This document shows, piece after piece, positions 9,044 through 18,224 of a stretch of DNA of 64,000 nt (positions are counted from its first letter, which is position 1; each line of letters opens with the position of its first letter). The stretch lies in IMG/VR virus record IMGVR_UViG_3300021255_001366, positions 32,001-96,000 of that record. One strand, written 5' to 3'. The notes under the pieces were generated by a model that did not search any database, was not told the origin of the DNA, and worked only from the letters and a program-made list of their open reading frames with translations. The DNA is from a virus (lineage: Duplodnaviria > Caudoviricetes). The position numbers and the translations under genes are program-made.

Positions 9044-10291
9044 TTATGCTGTGAAAAGAGCCTGGATGTCAGAAGTAGCAATACCAGCGGTAGAAGCATC
9101 AGCATAAGCCTTTGCACCGTTGATTGTATCAGCTGTTGCAAGATCACCAGAAGCACCGATCACTTCGCTCTTTACAGTAGCGGCAGCACCAGCTGCGTCA
9201 TATGCAGCAGAAGCGGTGTAAGCAGCAGTTCCAAGACCGTGAACAGCAACCTCTGTGCCATCAACATCGATAGTACCATTGGTAGCACCTTCGGTTACGG
9301 ACTGTACTGCGCTGTCAGCAAGATCGAGAGAGTTCTGAACAGCTGTAGCAAGCTTAGACTTTGCTACGGAACCAGCGGCAAGCTTAGAACCGTCGATTTC
9401 ATTGATCGTAACGGTAACAACATTGCTGCCATCGATAGTTACAGTAGCCTCAGTATTTGTACCACCTGTGTAAATATCTACAAGGCTGTTTGCGGGGATG
9501 TACAGAGGATTTGCAACGTTCTGAAGAACCAACTCAATATACTTGTCGCCAACCTTTGCTCCGGGATAAGGTTCGTCAGCAACAGTAACAGTTCCAACAG
9601 AGCCGCTCTCAACTACTTTGTCCTTAGGGATGTTAATCGTTCCGATCTTCTCAGAAGCAACAGGGCTTGCAGAAGAACCTGTTGCACCCTGATATACATC
9701 ATAAACCTGAGCATAATCAGCGGTAGTACCAGTAGCTACCATGTAAACCGTCTTGGAAGCAACACCGCCAGCGGAAGCCTCTGCAAGCTCATCAATAGCA
9801 CCCTGTACATCATCAGATGTCAGACCAGAAGTAGTATTGTCATAGTCAACATCAGCAGCGGCACCAGTAGTTGCCACGGTAGCAAGGCTCTGCTCAAGAG
9901 CATCAATCTCTCCGCTTACAGCATCTGCAGTCTCATCAATATATCCAACTACAGTAGTTGCGGTTGCACCTTCCGGAATAGCACCAACAAAAGCGTTAGT
10001 AGCAAGGTCGCTAATAGCAGTAGAAGACTCAGATACTTCACCGTCAGCAACGGATACAACAATCTTTCCACCAGTAGCGGATGCAAGCTTACTCATAAAT
10101 CCAGATACATCGGGGATATCTACGGTATAAGCAGCCGTTCCAGATGCATCTGGAGTCTTGAAGAAGTTAACAGTATTACCAACACGAGTAATACTCTTAA
10201 TAGACTTAGCGTCCTCAGTACCGATATAGTCTTTAATCAGTCCGTCATAAGTTGTCAAGTTTTCAAGTGTCATAAAATTCTTTGTTGCCAT
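9044..10291 (-). CDS. Fibre/structural protein, paralog of 10356-11366
   Basis: Shares EDAKSIK, IPKD.VV.SG and LYIPANSLVDIYT segments; strong codon bias. Confidence 0.75.
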   Translation of the reverse strand: MATKNFMTLENLTTYDGLIKDYIGTEDAKSIKSITRVGNTVNFFKTPDASGTAAYTVDIPDVSGFMSKLASATGGKIVVSVADGEVSESSTAISDLATNAFVGAIPEGATATTVVGYIDETADAVSGEIDALEQSLATVATTGAAADVDYDNTTSGLTSDDVQGAIDELAEASAGGVASKTVYMVATGTTADYAQVYDVYQGATGSSASPVASEKIGTINIPKDKVVESGSVGTVTVADEPYPGAKVGDKYIELVLQNVANPLYIPANSLVDIYTGGTNTEATVTIDGSNVVTVTINEIDGSKLAAGSVAKSKLATAVQNSLDLADSAVQSVTEGATNGTIDVDGTEVAVHGLGTAAYTASAAYDAAGAAATVKSEVIGASGDLATADTINGAKAYADASTAGIATSDIQALFTA

Positions 10292-10355
10292 AGTTTTCTC
10301 CTTTCGAAATTAGAAAAAATGTGTATTAAAAAAACTTGTTATTGTTAACAAGTTT

Positions 10356-11366
10356 TTAACCAAATAATGCTTCGATATCACTATCAGCTACGCTGTCGAT
10401 ATCATCTTGCTGTAATGCGCTGTCTGCAAGGTCGAGAGAGTCGATTACATCACTAGCAAGTTTAGCTCTTGTAACAGAACCGTCTACAAGTTTTGATCCG
10501 TTAATCGCTACGATGCTTGCAGATATTTCATTTGTTGCGCTAATAGCAAGTTGAACCTCAGATGCTCCTTGAGCAGCGGTGTAAATATCCACAAGGCTAT
10601 TAGCCGGAATATACAGATGCTCAGATTGATTCTGGATTTCGAGGTCAATATACTTGTCACCAGGAACAGCACCTTCATACGGCTCATCGGGCGTTACAAC
10701 AGTACCGATCGATCCCGACCGAACTACCATGTCTTTTGGAATGTCAATGCTTCCAACAATAACGTTCTTACTCATGTCAATACTATCAGCACCCTGATAA
10801 ATGCGATAAATCTTGGCATATTCACTTTGTCCACTAGACTCATCTTTTAAGTAAATCGTCTTTGATGCGGCATCGCCTTTCAGGTCTCCCTTAGTAGCAA
10901 GCTCGTCATCTGCGGTATATGCAGAAGAGTCACCTTTTACATAATAGAAACCATTTGTTGTCATATTAATTCTAGTGCCAACATATTTGTCGTCGATTTT
11001 CTTAACTGAGTAAATCTGTCCTGTAAGACCGTTTTCTCCACCGTCGTTAACACCGACAAAAGAAAGCGTTCCATCGTTGTGCTCAAATTTAGCACCGCCA
11101 CCATCTGACTCATTAAAAATAAGAGCCTTGCCGTTAGAACCTTCAATGACTCTCTGTACAAAATTACTTAAATCCGGTTGTGGAAGAGTAATGTTATACT
11201 TAGGAGGAGTGTCGTTGACAGGCTCTTCAACATCATAGAACTTCAGATTATAGCCATCGATTGCTACAGTTTTAATGCTTTTAGCATCTTCTGCTGCGAT
11301 GTAGTCTTTTAAGAGACTGTCATATAAATCTAAGTTCGATAGATTAATGAATTGTTTTACAGCCAT
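10356..11366 (-). CDS. Fibre/structural protein, paralog of 9044-10291
   Basis: Same shared segments; C-terminal DSDIEALF. Confidence 0.75.
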   Translation of the reverse strand: MAVKQFINLSNLDLYDSLLKDYIAAEDAKSIKTVAIDGYNLKFYDVEEPVNDTPPKYNITLPQPDLSNFVQRVIEGSNGKALIFNESDGGGAKFEHNDGTLSFVGVNDGGENGLTGQIYSVKKIDDKYVGTRINMTTNGFYYVKGDSSAYTADDELATKGDLKGDAASKTIYLKDESSGQSEYAKIYRIYQGADSIDMSKNVIVGSIDIPKDMVVRSGSIGTVVTPDEPYEGAVPGDKYIDLEIQNQSEHLYIPANSLVDIYTAAQGASEVQLAISATNEISASIVAINGSKLVDGSVTRAKLASDVIDSLDLADSALQQDDIDSVADSDIEALFG

Positions 11367-11392
11367 TTCTTTTTTCCTTTCTAAGTGCAAAT

Positions 11393-11419
11393 TAAAAAGG
11401 CATGGCGATAACCATGCCT
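11393..11419 (-). terminator. Intrinsic terminator
   Basis: AGGCATGG/CCATGCCT stem with U-tract on the - strand. Confidence 0.65.
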
Positions 11420-11432
11420 AAGTTACCATAAT

Positions 11433-12023
11433 TTATTCAAATAATTGTCGTATTCCTTCATCGTCTTCCGATTGGATATCTCGATCTATTATTTCCTCAA
11501 CAATAGGTTTCACAATGGGTTCTACCAACTCTGCGATTTCACCTTCAATTGATTCTTTTAACGCTTGTATTTTTCCGTCTACGACATCCTCGGTTGTATA
11601 ACCTTTATCCTTAAGGTACTCACTTGTTGCAACCTCAACCACATCTACGGACAAGTCTTCGTTAATAACATACGTATCAAGCTCGTCGGCAGTAATCCGC
11701 CTTATTTTTTTTGTACCATTAATGGTCTGTATAACAACAAGAATATATGAGCTACTATCAAACGTAGTTGGATGATCAGCTGTTATCTTGTGCTGACCTT
11801 GAATCTCATATAATCCATCTTCTAGAGACGATAATATAATTGCTTTTTCAAGTGTGCCTACAATCTTTGGAATACCACAAATCTCAAGTTCTCCGTTTTT
11901 ATTCAAAAACGAGTATTGATCAGTGTCATCTATCCAAATATATGCAGGGTATGTAATACGACCAGATTCAATTGCTTTATAGGCACTTGCTAATGTACCG
12001 TGTGCAAATTTAGGAGTTTTCAT
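11433..12023 (-). CDS. Hypothetical tail-region protein
   Basis: AGGAGG RBS; position in tail module. Confidence 0.65.
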   Translation of the reverse strand: MKTPKFAHGTLASAYKAIESGRITYPAYIWIDDTDQYSFLNKNGELEICGIPKIVGTLEKAIILSSLEDGLYEIQGQHKITADHPTTFDSSSYILVVIQTINGTKKIRRITADELDTYVINEDLSVDVVEVATSEYLKDKGYTTEDVVDGKIQALKESIEGEIAELVEPIVKPIVEEIIDRDIQSEDDEGIRQLFE

Positions 12024-12037
12024 ATCTTGCCTCCTCC

Positions 12038-12712
12038 TTACTCGTCTAATTCTATGAATTCAGGATCTTCGTCATCGCCACCGATTTCATCCAAATCGAT
12101 AATTCCATCACGTTCTCCGTCATCCAAATCCTCATCGCCAGGAACAAGGACTTCAACCCCATTACCAATAGGATTACCATCGTGAGTTAGATGAAGAATA
12201 TCTTCGTCACTAATTTCAAGATCATTCGGCATATCATCCTGAAGAGTGGTAATATCACGAGACATCTGATTCATCTGAGCCTTAAATGCTTCAATGTCCT
12301 CAAAATCTACGTTGTCTGTAAATCCTACGGGACGTTCTACTCGAATAATAGTAGAGTTGGTTTCCATCTTATCTATTACCAAAGTATCATCACCTTGTTC
12401 GTACTTGACGAGCGTCAAGCGACATGTCAGATTGCCGGATACTTGGGTAAGCTTGGTTCCAACGGGAAGAACATACCTAATATAGTCCTTATAAAGTTCA
12501 TCATCTGCTGTCAGTACCTCGGAATGAAAATTCCCATTTGGATCTACATACTTGAGTGTTACAATATAATCCTTTAATTCATTTCCTTGATATGTAGGAG
12601 GTATTAAAAACTGGATTTTATCAGTCATATTCTCCTTCATGAATATTACTGTGCGAACAGTCGTATTCAAATTCTTGTACTTATCCATTACAATCGTATA
12701 CACTTTTTTCAT
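12038..12712 (-). CDS. BppU-like baseplate protein
   Basis: Beta-sandwich pattern resembling the BppU N-terminal domain (IQFLIP, LTQVSG). Confidence 0.55.
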   Translation of the reverse strand: MKKVYTIVMDKYKNLNTTVRTVIFMKENMTDKIQFLIPPTYQGNELKDYIVTLKYVDPNGNFHSEVLTADDELYKDYIRYVLPVGTKLTQVSGNLTCRLTLVKYEQGDDTLVIDKMETNSTIIRVERPVGFTDNVDFEDIEAFKAQMNQMSRDITTLQDDMPNDLEISDEDILHLTHDGNPIGNGVEVLVPGDEDLDDGERDGIIDLDEIGGDDEDPEFIELDE

Positions 12713-12720
12713 TCACCTCC

Positions 12721-13308
12721 TTAATTATATGGTTGTGCCCAGAAGAATCCATCATGTTGATATGAAGGCTCTGTGTCTGAGACAATTTCTAAGCCACTAA
12801 CAATTGAAGCAGCTTGCTCAACGCTTTCTGCTGCGTTAACCTCACTAATATGTGCGGCTTCTGCGCTTTGAACAGCAAGTTCTGAACTATGAACAGAGAT
12901 AGGAGCAGCCTCAATAGCTTGTTGTATTAATCCTAATTCGTCTTGGCTTTCGATATCTCCATCTTGTACGGTTGATTCTTCAACCTTGATAATGCCAGTA
13001 ACAGTTGCAATAACCGTTTCGCTTTCGGTTAACGACAATTGATATTTACACTTCCCAGGAATTGAGGTTATTTGTTCTGTTATTTCAACTGAAACAATAT
13101 TGTCAGTAATAGAGCCATAGCTAAGCACAACATGCCCATCAGGCTTTTTTAACTCAAACGCAACAGCAACACCAGTAAGGTCTAATGGCTCACCATCTTT
13201 GGTGACCTCAAACTGTACTTGATATCCGCGATTGTATTGTTTCGCATAGATTTGTTCATATGTTTGATTATCACGAATATCAATTCTGATTATTTGTGAG
13301 TTCTCCAT
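12721..13308 (-). CDS. BppU family upper baseplate protein
   Basis: AKQYNRG, PLDLTG and KKPDG motifs. Confidence 0.8.
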   Translation of the reverse strand: MENSQIIRIDIRDNQTYEQIYAKQYNRGYQVQFEVTKDGEPLDLTGVAVAFELKKPDGHVVLSYGSITDNIVSVEITEQITSIPGKCKYQLSLTESETVIATVTGIIKVEESTVQDGDIESQDELGLIQQAIEAAPISVHSSELAVQSAEAAHISEVNAAESVEQAASIVSGLEIVSDTEPSYQHDGFFWAQPYN

Positions 13309-13585
13309 TATTTACCTCCTGATTTAATATTAATAAATCTTCATCATTTACGGATAAATCATGATTTAAATCCATTCGATATGAGAAAAACATATCTGGA
13401 ACAACCATAATAAATCCTTTTTGTCTTTGTTCTACATAAAAACTTAACATACGATAATCAACATCATTTACGATGCCGTCCTTATCATAATCACCAACCG
13501 TGAAATAATTATTTTTAAACAATAAAAAAACGCATATAGCAACTATTACTAATGCGTAAAAAGGTAATAATCTCATTTTATTCAT
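13280..13585 (-). CDS. Membrane-anchored/secreted dockerin-like protein
   Basis: N-terminal hydrophobic helix; GDYDKDGIVNDVD and MDLNHDLSVNDED Ca-binding loops. Confidence 0.7.
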   Translation of the reverse strand: MNKMRLLPFYALVIVAICVFLLFKNNYFTVGDYDKDGIVNDVDYRMLSFYVEQRQKGFIMVVPDMFFSYRMDLNHDLSVNDEDLLILNQEVNNGELTNNQN

Positions 13586-13587
13586 AA

Positions 13588-16500
13588 TTACACATCTTCT
13601 CTTGTTCCTATAACACTCATAATAACACCGCCAACAATTCTTATCTTGGTTATATTACTCCACGTACCATCCATTCCAGGGCGTATGTTTCCGCTAGATG
13701 GATCGTACATTTTAAAACTATGCATTTGTAAATTTTCTGTTTGTATCGATTTTGCATATATACCATTTGACCGTATATATACGCCATCCGTTTCGATAAT
13801 ATTAGAATGTGTTAATGGATTTATTACTATTGAAGTGTTAATAGTTCTACTTGTATCAATTCCGTCAATAAATCTTCTTACAGACACTAAGTCATGAGCG
13901 TCTATCAAACCATCTTGATTAAGATCATATTTTTCATAATCTGAACTTGATGGTTCACTAATACCTACCATTATTTCTCTCATTCTAGTCACATCTGCTT
14001 CAGAATAATCTCTTGCATATTTCGTAATTGAACCACTAGCGGTAAACGACGAACCAGTAATAGCACCAGAAAAGTTTGCGCTAGTCGCAGTCAACACTCC
14101 AGATGCATTAACTACGAACTTATTGTTAATATTTAAAGAACCCCCAGTAATTGCAACGTTATTAGCAGTCAATGTTCCATTTGATATTGTTACAGAATGA
14201 GTTGCGTCTTTGTAGTTTCGAAGTCCAACGTTGTCTCCGTCAACCCCAATAAATACACCAAGATTTGTAGATGTTAACGAATCAGTGCCATGATATAACG
14301 CATCACTAGTTGCAGTAAATCCACCAACTTGAACGATTCGATTATCAACATCGGCTTTAAAAACAATTTCTTCGTTTGCGTCTTTAACAGTTAATGACCC
14401 ATTGTTTATGAACTCATGACCATCAAACGTCAACTTACCACCAGCTAAACTAAACTTGCCGTTTTCCAAATCAAGATATGAACCAGTCTTATTTTTGTGC
14501 GAATAATTATTGCTATATATTTGACCACCAATAATCATAGAGCCATTTACGCATCCAGCCGTTACAAACTTAGAAATAAGACCATAACCTCTTTTTGTGA
14601 TAAATTTATCTTCTACTGGGTCATACTTGATATAGTCACCTTCACCAATACCTAATGCACACGTCTTCCAATTATCGTCGGTAAACGCAAACACATTATG
14701 CGTAAGCTTTGCTTGACTTTGACTGTATTTTCCTGCGATATCATCCCAAGACCTCAACAATATTCCGTTATTATCAAACAAAACCTCTTCGTTGTTATTA
14801 TTCTTAATAGCAACCAACGTACCGTCTAATCCCATATTCTTCCAATCGGTTACATTCTCATTAGCCTCGTCACCTTGGTTTGCTTGATGAGCAACTGTAT
14901 TATACGAAGATGCCATACTCTTAACTTGATCTAAGATAGATTTAGCATCATTAATTGTATTATTAATTCTGTCTGCATTAGAGAATGTAATACCAATACT
15001 TGCAAGATTGCCATAGTCAATTGATATAGCGATAATCCGGAGATTAAACAACTCTTCGTCAGACCTTACAACAATCCAATTGCCGAGTTGAACTTGGTCT
15101 ACGTAAGGAGCAAAGCCCTTCTCTTGCAGAAGATTGTTCATAGTGGCAGACAATGTGTATTGCTCGGTACTTGCTTTTACAACTTCCTTTGCGGCAACAT
15201 CATATAATTCACGAGCTTTATCCAACAGTTGTTTATTATCCAAACCGTCTGATACATAGTTATCATTCGTGTATTCGGATTCTACAAGATAGTGAGAGAA
15301 GATAAGCCACAGATCATCTCCGATAAATGACTTAAAGTCCAATAGATTATGAAATCCATTTATCGTTTCGCGAGCAGAAGTAATCAGTTCATCTTGTTCA
15401 GCTATGTCAGCATCTCGAACTGCAAGCTCATCTACAATTAAATCCATACGTTCTTTATATGGTTCGTACATTGTTTCATATAAGTGAACACCATAGAAAT
15501 CTGAATTTTTATCTGTAACACCATTTTCGATCATAACGTTAAGACATGTTTCATAACTATGGTAAAATGATTCAAGTCTTGCCTTGCTGTATTTAGTCAA
15601 TTCTTCCTTGAATATTTCCACGTCTGTTAAAGTAAACAAATCATAAAACGTATTATCATCACGGTCTAACTGCTTAAGAATACGCTGGTACAAATATTTT
15701 GCATAGGCAGTGTCAGTACCACCTTGAATTAAAACAGAAAACTGTTCGGTCTGCGCAGTATCTTCGTCGTCTCCATAGTTTGTGATTGTACATACGCCAG
15801 TCCATCGTTTATTATTGGTATCGACCGTAGCTAATTCACCTTTTGCTTTAACGTCATATCTGGCATCCACCAATACTCTTGCAAGACCCTGGACGGCAAG
15901 ATCTGCAGAAATAGTAGAGATAGAGTCTATGTTTGTTACACAAACAGAACCAAATTCAAGAAAATCCCCAGGTAACTCGTCCGCCTCTTTCTTAGCGTCA
16001 GTAGTAGGAGTGGTCACCTTCGGCATCATAGTGTGTTCCAGATAGTTCTTCCGATCAACGGCTTCATAATACTGTGTGCTTGCTTCTTGATATTTAACAA
16101 TATTATCTTCATACAAGACATTATAATCATGTATTTTTTGAACTAGTTCCTCTGGCATATCAGATAGCATATGTTCATTGAAACTATACAGATACCTAGA
16201 CCCATTCGGATTAACGTACATGAAAGCTGTCGTAACATCATCATCTCCACCACTAATACGTAAGCAGTTATAGACATTATCAGTATCACCGGAGCGTGAG
16301 ATTGACTCTGCATAGTTCTCGGCAGATATATAGATGTCAGTTATCTGTCCATAATTACTATGATATTCTGTACTGCCACACTTAGGGCATGCTGATGCAA
16401 AGTCTCCTCGATGACCGCACGAATCACAGACAAACTTTAAGTCGTAACAATTCACGACTCTGTTGACACTGTCAAACTTGAATAAACATTCAATTTCCTC

Positions 16501-17052
16501 TGCTACCGTGCCCGTCAGAAAATCATAAATACTCGTACCATTCGTAGAGAATGTACGTTGTATCCTGGCAATAGAATCATCAACATGCCCGACACTATAA
16601 TCTGGGCACTTGTCATGAAGCACCCGATGTATCAACGAAGCGTTGTGATCGTCCTCATTATAAAGAACAGTAGGAGAATAGTCTTCTCGTGCAATGTCAT
16701 CTTCTGTATTACACTCGAAGTCATACAGTATTCTCTTACTAAGCTCAAACTCACATGCAGAAGTTCCGACAACTTGTTTCACGGTTTCATCCGCATCGTC
16801 TATGGTTACAAATATGTTAAAGTACTCGTTGAACTCTGGTACATACACATACTTAAAGTCAACAATCTGATCCCAAAGAGGCTCTTCTTTATTGTCAAAC
16901 TTTTTGTGTACCGTAAAAGAAATCTCTTGAGCACTATTCATGTTTTGATTAATCTGAATAGAAGACTCGTCTACGGTAACAAGTCTCCCAAGGTGTTTAT
17001 GATATTTGGTGGAGAGTATGATCATCGGATACTCTAATTTTGTATATATCAT
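13588..17052 (-). CDS. Tail spike/Tal-like protein with Zn ribbon and C-terminal dockerin-like motif
   Basis: Follows Dit; CDSC...CPKC; YDLNQDGLIDAHD. Confidence 0.8.
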   Translation of the reverse strand: MIYTKLEYPMIILSTKYHKHLGRLVTVDESSIQINQNMNSAQEISFTVHKKFDNKEEPLWDQIVDFKYVYVPEFNEYFNIFVTIDDADETVKQVVGTSACEFELSKRILYDFECNTEDDIAREDYSPTVLYNEDDHNASLIHRVLHDKCPDYSVGHVDDSIARIQRTFSTNGTSIYDFLTGTVAEEIECLFKFDSVNRVVNCYDLKFVCDSCGHRGDFASACPKCGSTEYHSNYGQITDIYISAENYAESISRSGDTDNVYNCLRISGGDDDVTTAFMYVNPNGSRYLYSFNEHMLSDMPEELVQKIHDYNVLYEDNIVKYQEASTQYYEAVDRKNYLEHTMMPKVTTPTTDAKKEADELPGDFLEFGSVCVTNIDSISTISADLAVQGLARVLVDARYDVKAKGELATVDTNNKRWTGVCTITNYGDDEDTAQTEQFSVLIQGGTDTAYAKYLYQRILKQLDRDDNTFYDLFTLTDVEIFKEELTKYSKARLESFYHSYETCLNVMIENGVTDKNSDFYGVHLYETMYEPYKERMDLIVDELAVRDADIAEQDELITSARETINGFHNLLDFKSFIGDDLWLIFSHYLVESEYTNDNYVSDGLDNKQLLDKARELYDVAAKEVVKASTEQYTLSATMNNLLQEKGFAPYVDQVQLGNWIVVRSDEELFNLRIIAISIDYGNLASIGITFSNADRINNTINDAKSILDQVKSMASSYNTVAHQANQGDEANENVTDWKNMGLDGTLVAIKNNNNEEVLFDNNGILLRSWDDIAGKYSQSQAKLTHNVFAFTDDNWKTCALGIGEGDYIKYDPVEDKFITKRGYGLISKFVTAGCVNGSMIIGGQIYSNNYSHKNKTGSYLDLENGKFSLAGGKLTFDGHEFINNGSLTVKDANEEIVFKADVDNRIVQVGGFTATSDALYHGTDSLTSTNLGVFIGVDGDNVGLRNYKDATHSVTISNGTLTANNVAITGGSLNINNKFVVNASGVLTATSANFSGAITGSSFTASGSITKYARDYSEADVTRMREIMVGISEPSSSDYEKYDLNQDGLIDAHDLVSVRRFIDGIDTSRTINTSIVINPLTHSNIIETDGVYIRSNGIYAKSIQTENLQMHSFKMYDPSSGNIRPGMDGTWSNITKIRIVGGVIMSVIGTREDV

Positions 17053-17849
17053 AGTCCCACCTTTCTAATTCCACGATATGTAAGCGCAATAATACATGGA
17101 AGCGTACAACTAAAAGTATTAACACTGTTCCTATATTCATTCACTAATCGTGGAAATTTATAATTATAGTCCTTAGCGAGAGAATGACTAGAATTCGAAG
17201 ATGTAATCTGAAGAATATCACTGCCGTCAATTGTTATCACCTCATCGGCAATACAATTATCGATGGCAGTGGTGCGGTTCTCATTTACATTTGTTAACTC
17301 GAAATTTCCGCCTCCTCGCATAGTAATTGTCATATCAGGGTATATATATCCCTCTTCTTCACTGAAGCAGTTAATCTTAAAAGAACTATCGGCTTCAAGA
17401 GAGTATATACTAGTTATCGGTTTTGTTACGGCAAACGGACGATTTGACTGAATTGTAATTTCAACGCCACGGCAAACACCATGTAACAAAACCTTGGACA
17501 ACGTACATCTCACTTCGTAGAAGATTTCGTCGTCGTCCTCATCATCAACCCATTTGAACCATTTGTAGTCTTTACGGCACAACCACTTTGCGAGTTCTGA
17601 AATGTCGTCATTCGTTAACTCGTCATCCTCTTGGTTATCACAAATGTTTTTACAAATCTGAATGGTTCTTTGGTAGTTGTTTGAATACGATGTAGCAACT
17701 TTGTGTGATACATCTGATAATGGCGAACTAATGTCCGTGTAATCCATCTCCGAGACAACAATATTCTCATCCACCGATTGGTCAAAGCTGCACATCATAT
17801 ACCCAAAGTGGGAGAGTAGTTGTCCGTCGAACATGAAGTCTACAACCAT
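17049..17849 (-). CDS. Distal tail protein (Dit)
   Basis: DFMFDG..LS.FG start, KWL and FPRL motifs; after tape measure. Confidence 0.75.
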   Translation of the reverse strand: MVVDFMFDGQLLSHFGYMMCSFDQSVDENIVVSEMDYTDISSPLSDVSHKVATSYSNNYQRTIQICKNICDNQEDDELTNDDISELAKWLCRKDYKWFKWVDDEDDDEIFYEVRCTLSKVLLHGVCRGVEITIQSNRPFAVTKPITSIYSLEADSSFKINCFSEEEGYIYPDMTITMRGGGNFELTNVNENRTTAIDNCIADEVITIDGSDILQITSSNSSHSLAKDYNYKFPRLVNEYRNSVNTFSCTLPCIIALTYRGIRKVGL

Positions 17850-17871
17850 GTATGCTACACCACCTTTCTAA

Positions 17872-18171
17872 TTAAATTTCCATTTCATGCTTGGCTTCCT
17901 TAAATGCCTTCTTATAAGTGCCGTCTACCTTACGAACAGAAGACCTTAATTCTTGCATTAATGACTTATATGCCTCACGGTCTTTCTCGAGATCAACAAC
18001 AAGTTTTGCATACTCAAGTTGTACCTTTTCGGCAAGCCTCATTTTAGTTTCATATTGTCTCTTTAATCTATCTACAGTACGTGCTTCGTTGAGCAGTCGG
18101 TCATTATCAGCTTGAAGCTTCTCAATTTTAGCCTCTAACCGTTCTATCCTTTTGTATGGATTCATATCCAA
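17872..18171 (-). CDS. Coiled-coil hypothetical protein
   Basis: Heptad-like sequence; RBS present. Confidence 0.6.
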   Translation of the reverse strand: MDMNPYKRIERLEAKIEKLQADNDRLLNEARTVDRLKRQYETKMRLAEKVQLEYAKLVVDLEKDREAYKSLMQELRSSVRKVDGTYKKAFKEAKHEMEI

Positions 18172-18186
18172 TAATCACTCCTTTTT

Positions 18187-18218
18187 AAAAGGTCGCCCAG
18201 CTTTAACACTGGGCGACC
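18187..18218 (-). terminator. Intrinsic terminator after the tape measure gene
   Basis: GGTCGCCCAG/CTGGGCGACC stem with U-tract. Confidence 0.75.
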
Positions 18219-18224
18219 ACAGTT

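Noticed and set aside
9239-10348. Long + strand ORF (369 aa), likewise 43512-44339, 50271-51074 and 18591-19400
   Set aside because: Antisense shadows of strongly codon-biased structural genes, with no RBS and no recognisable motifs
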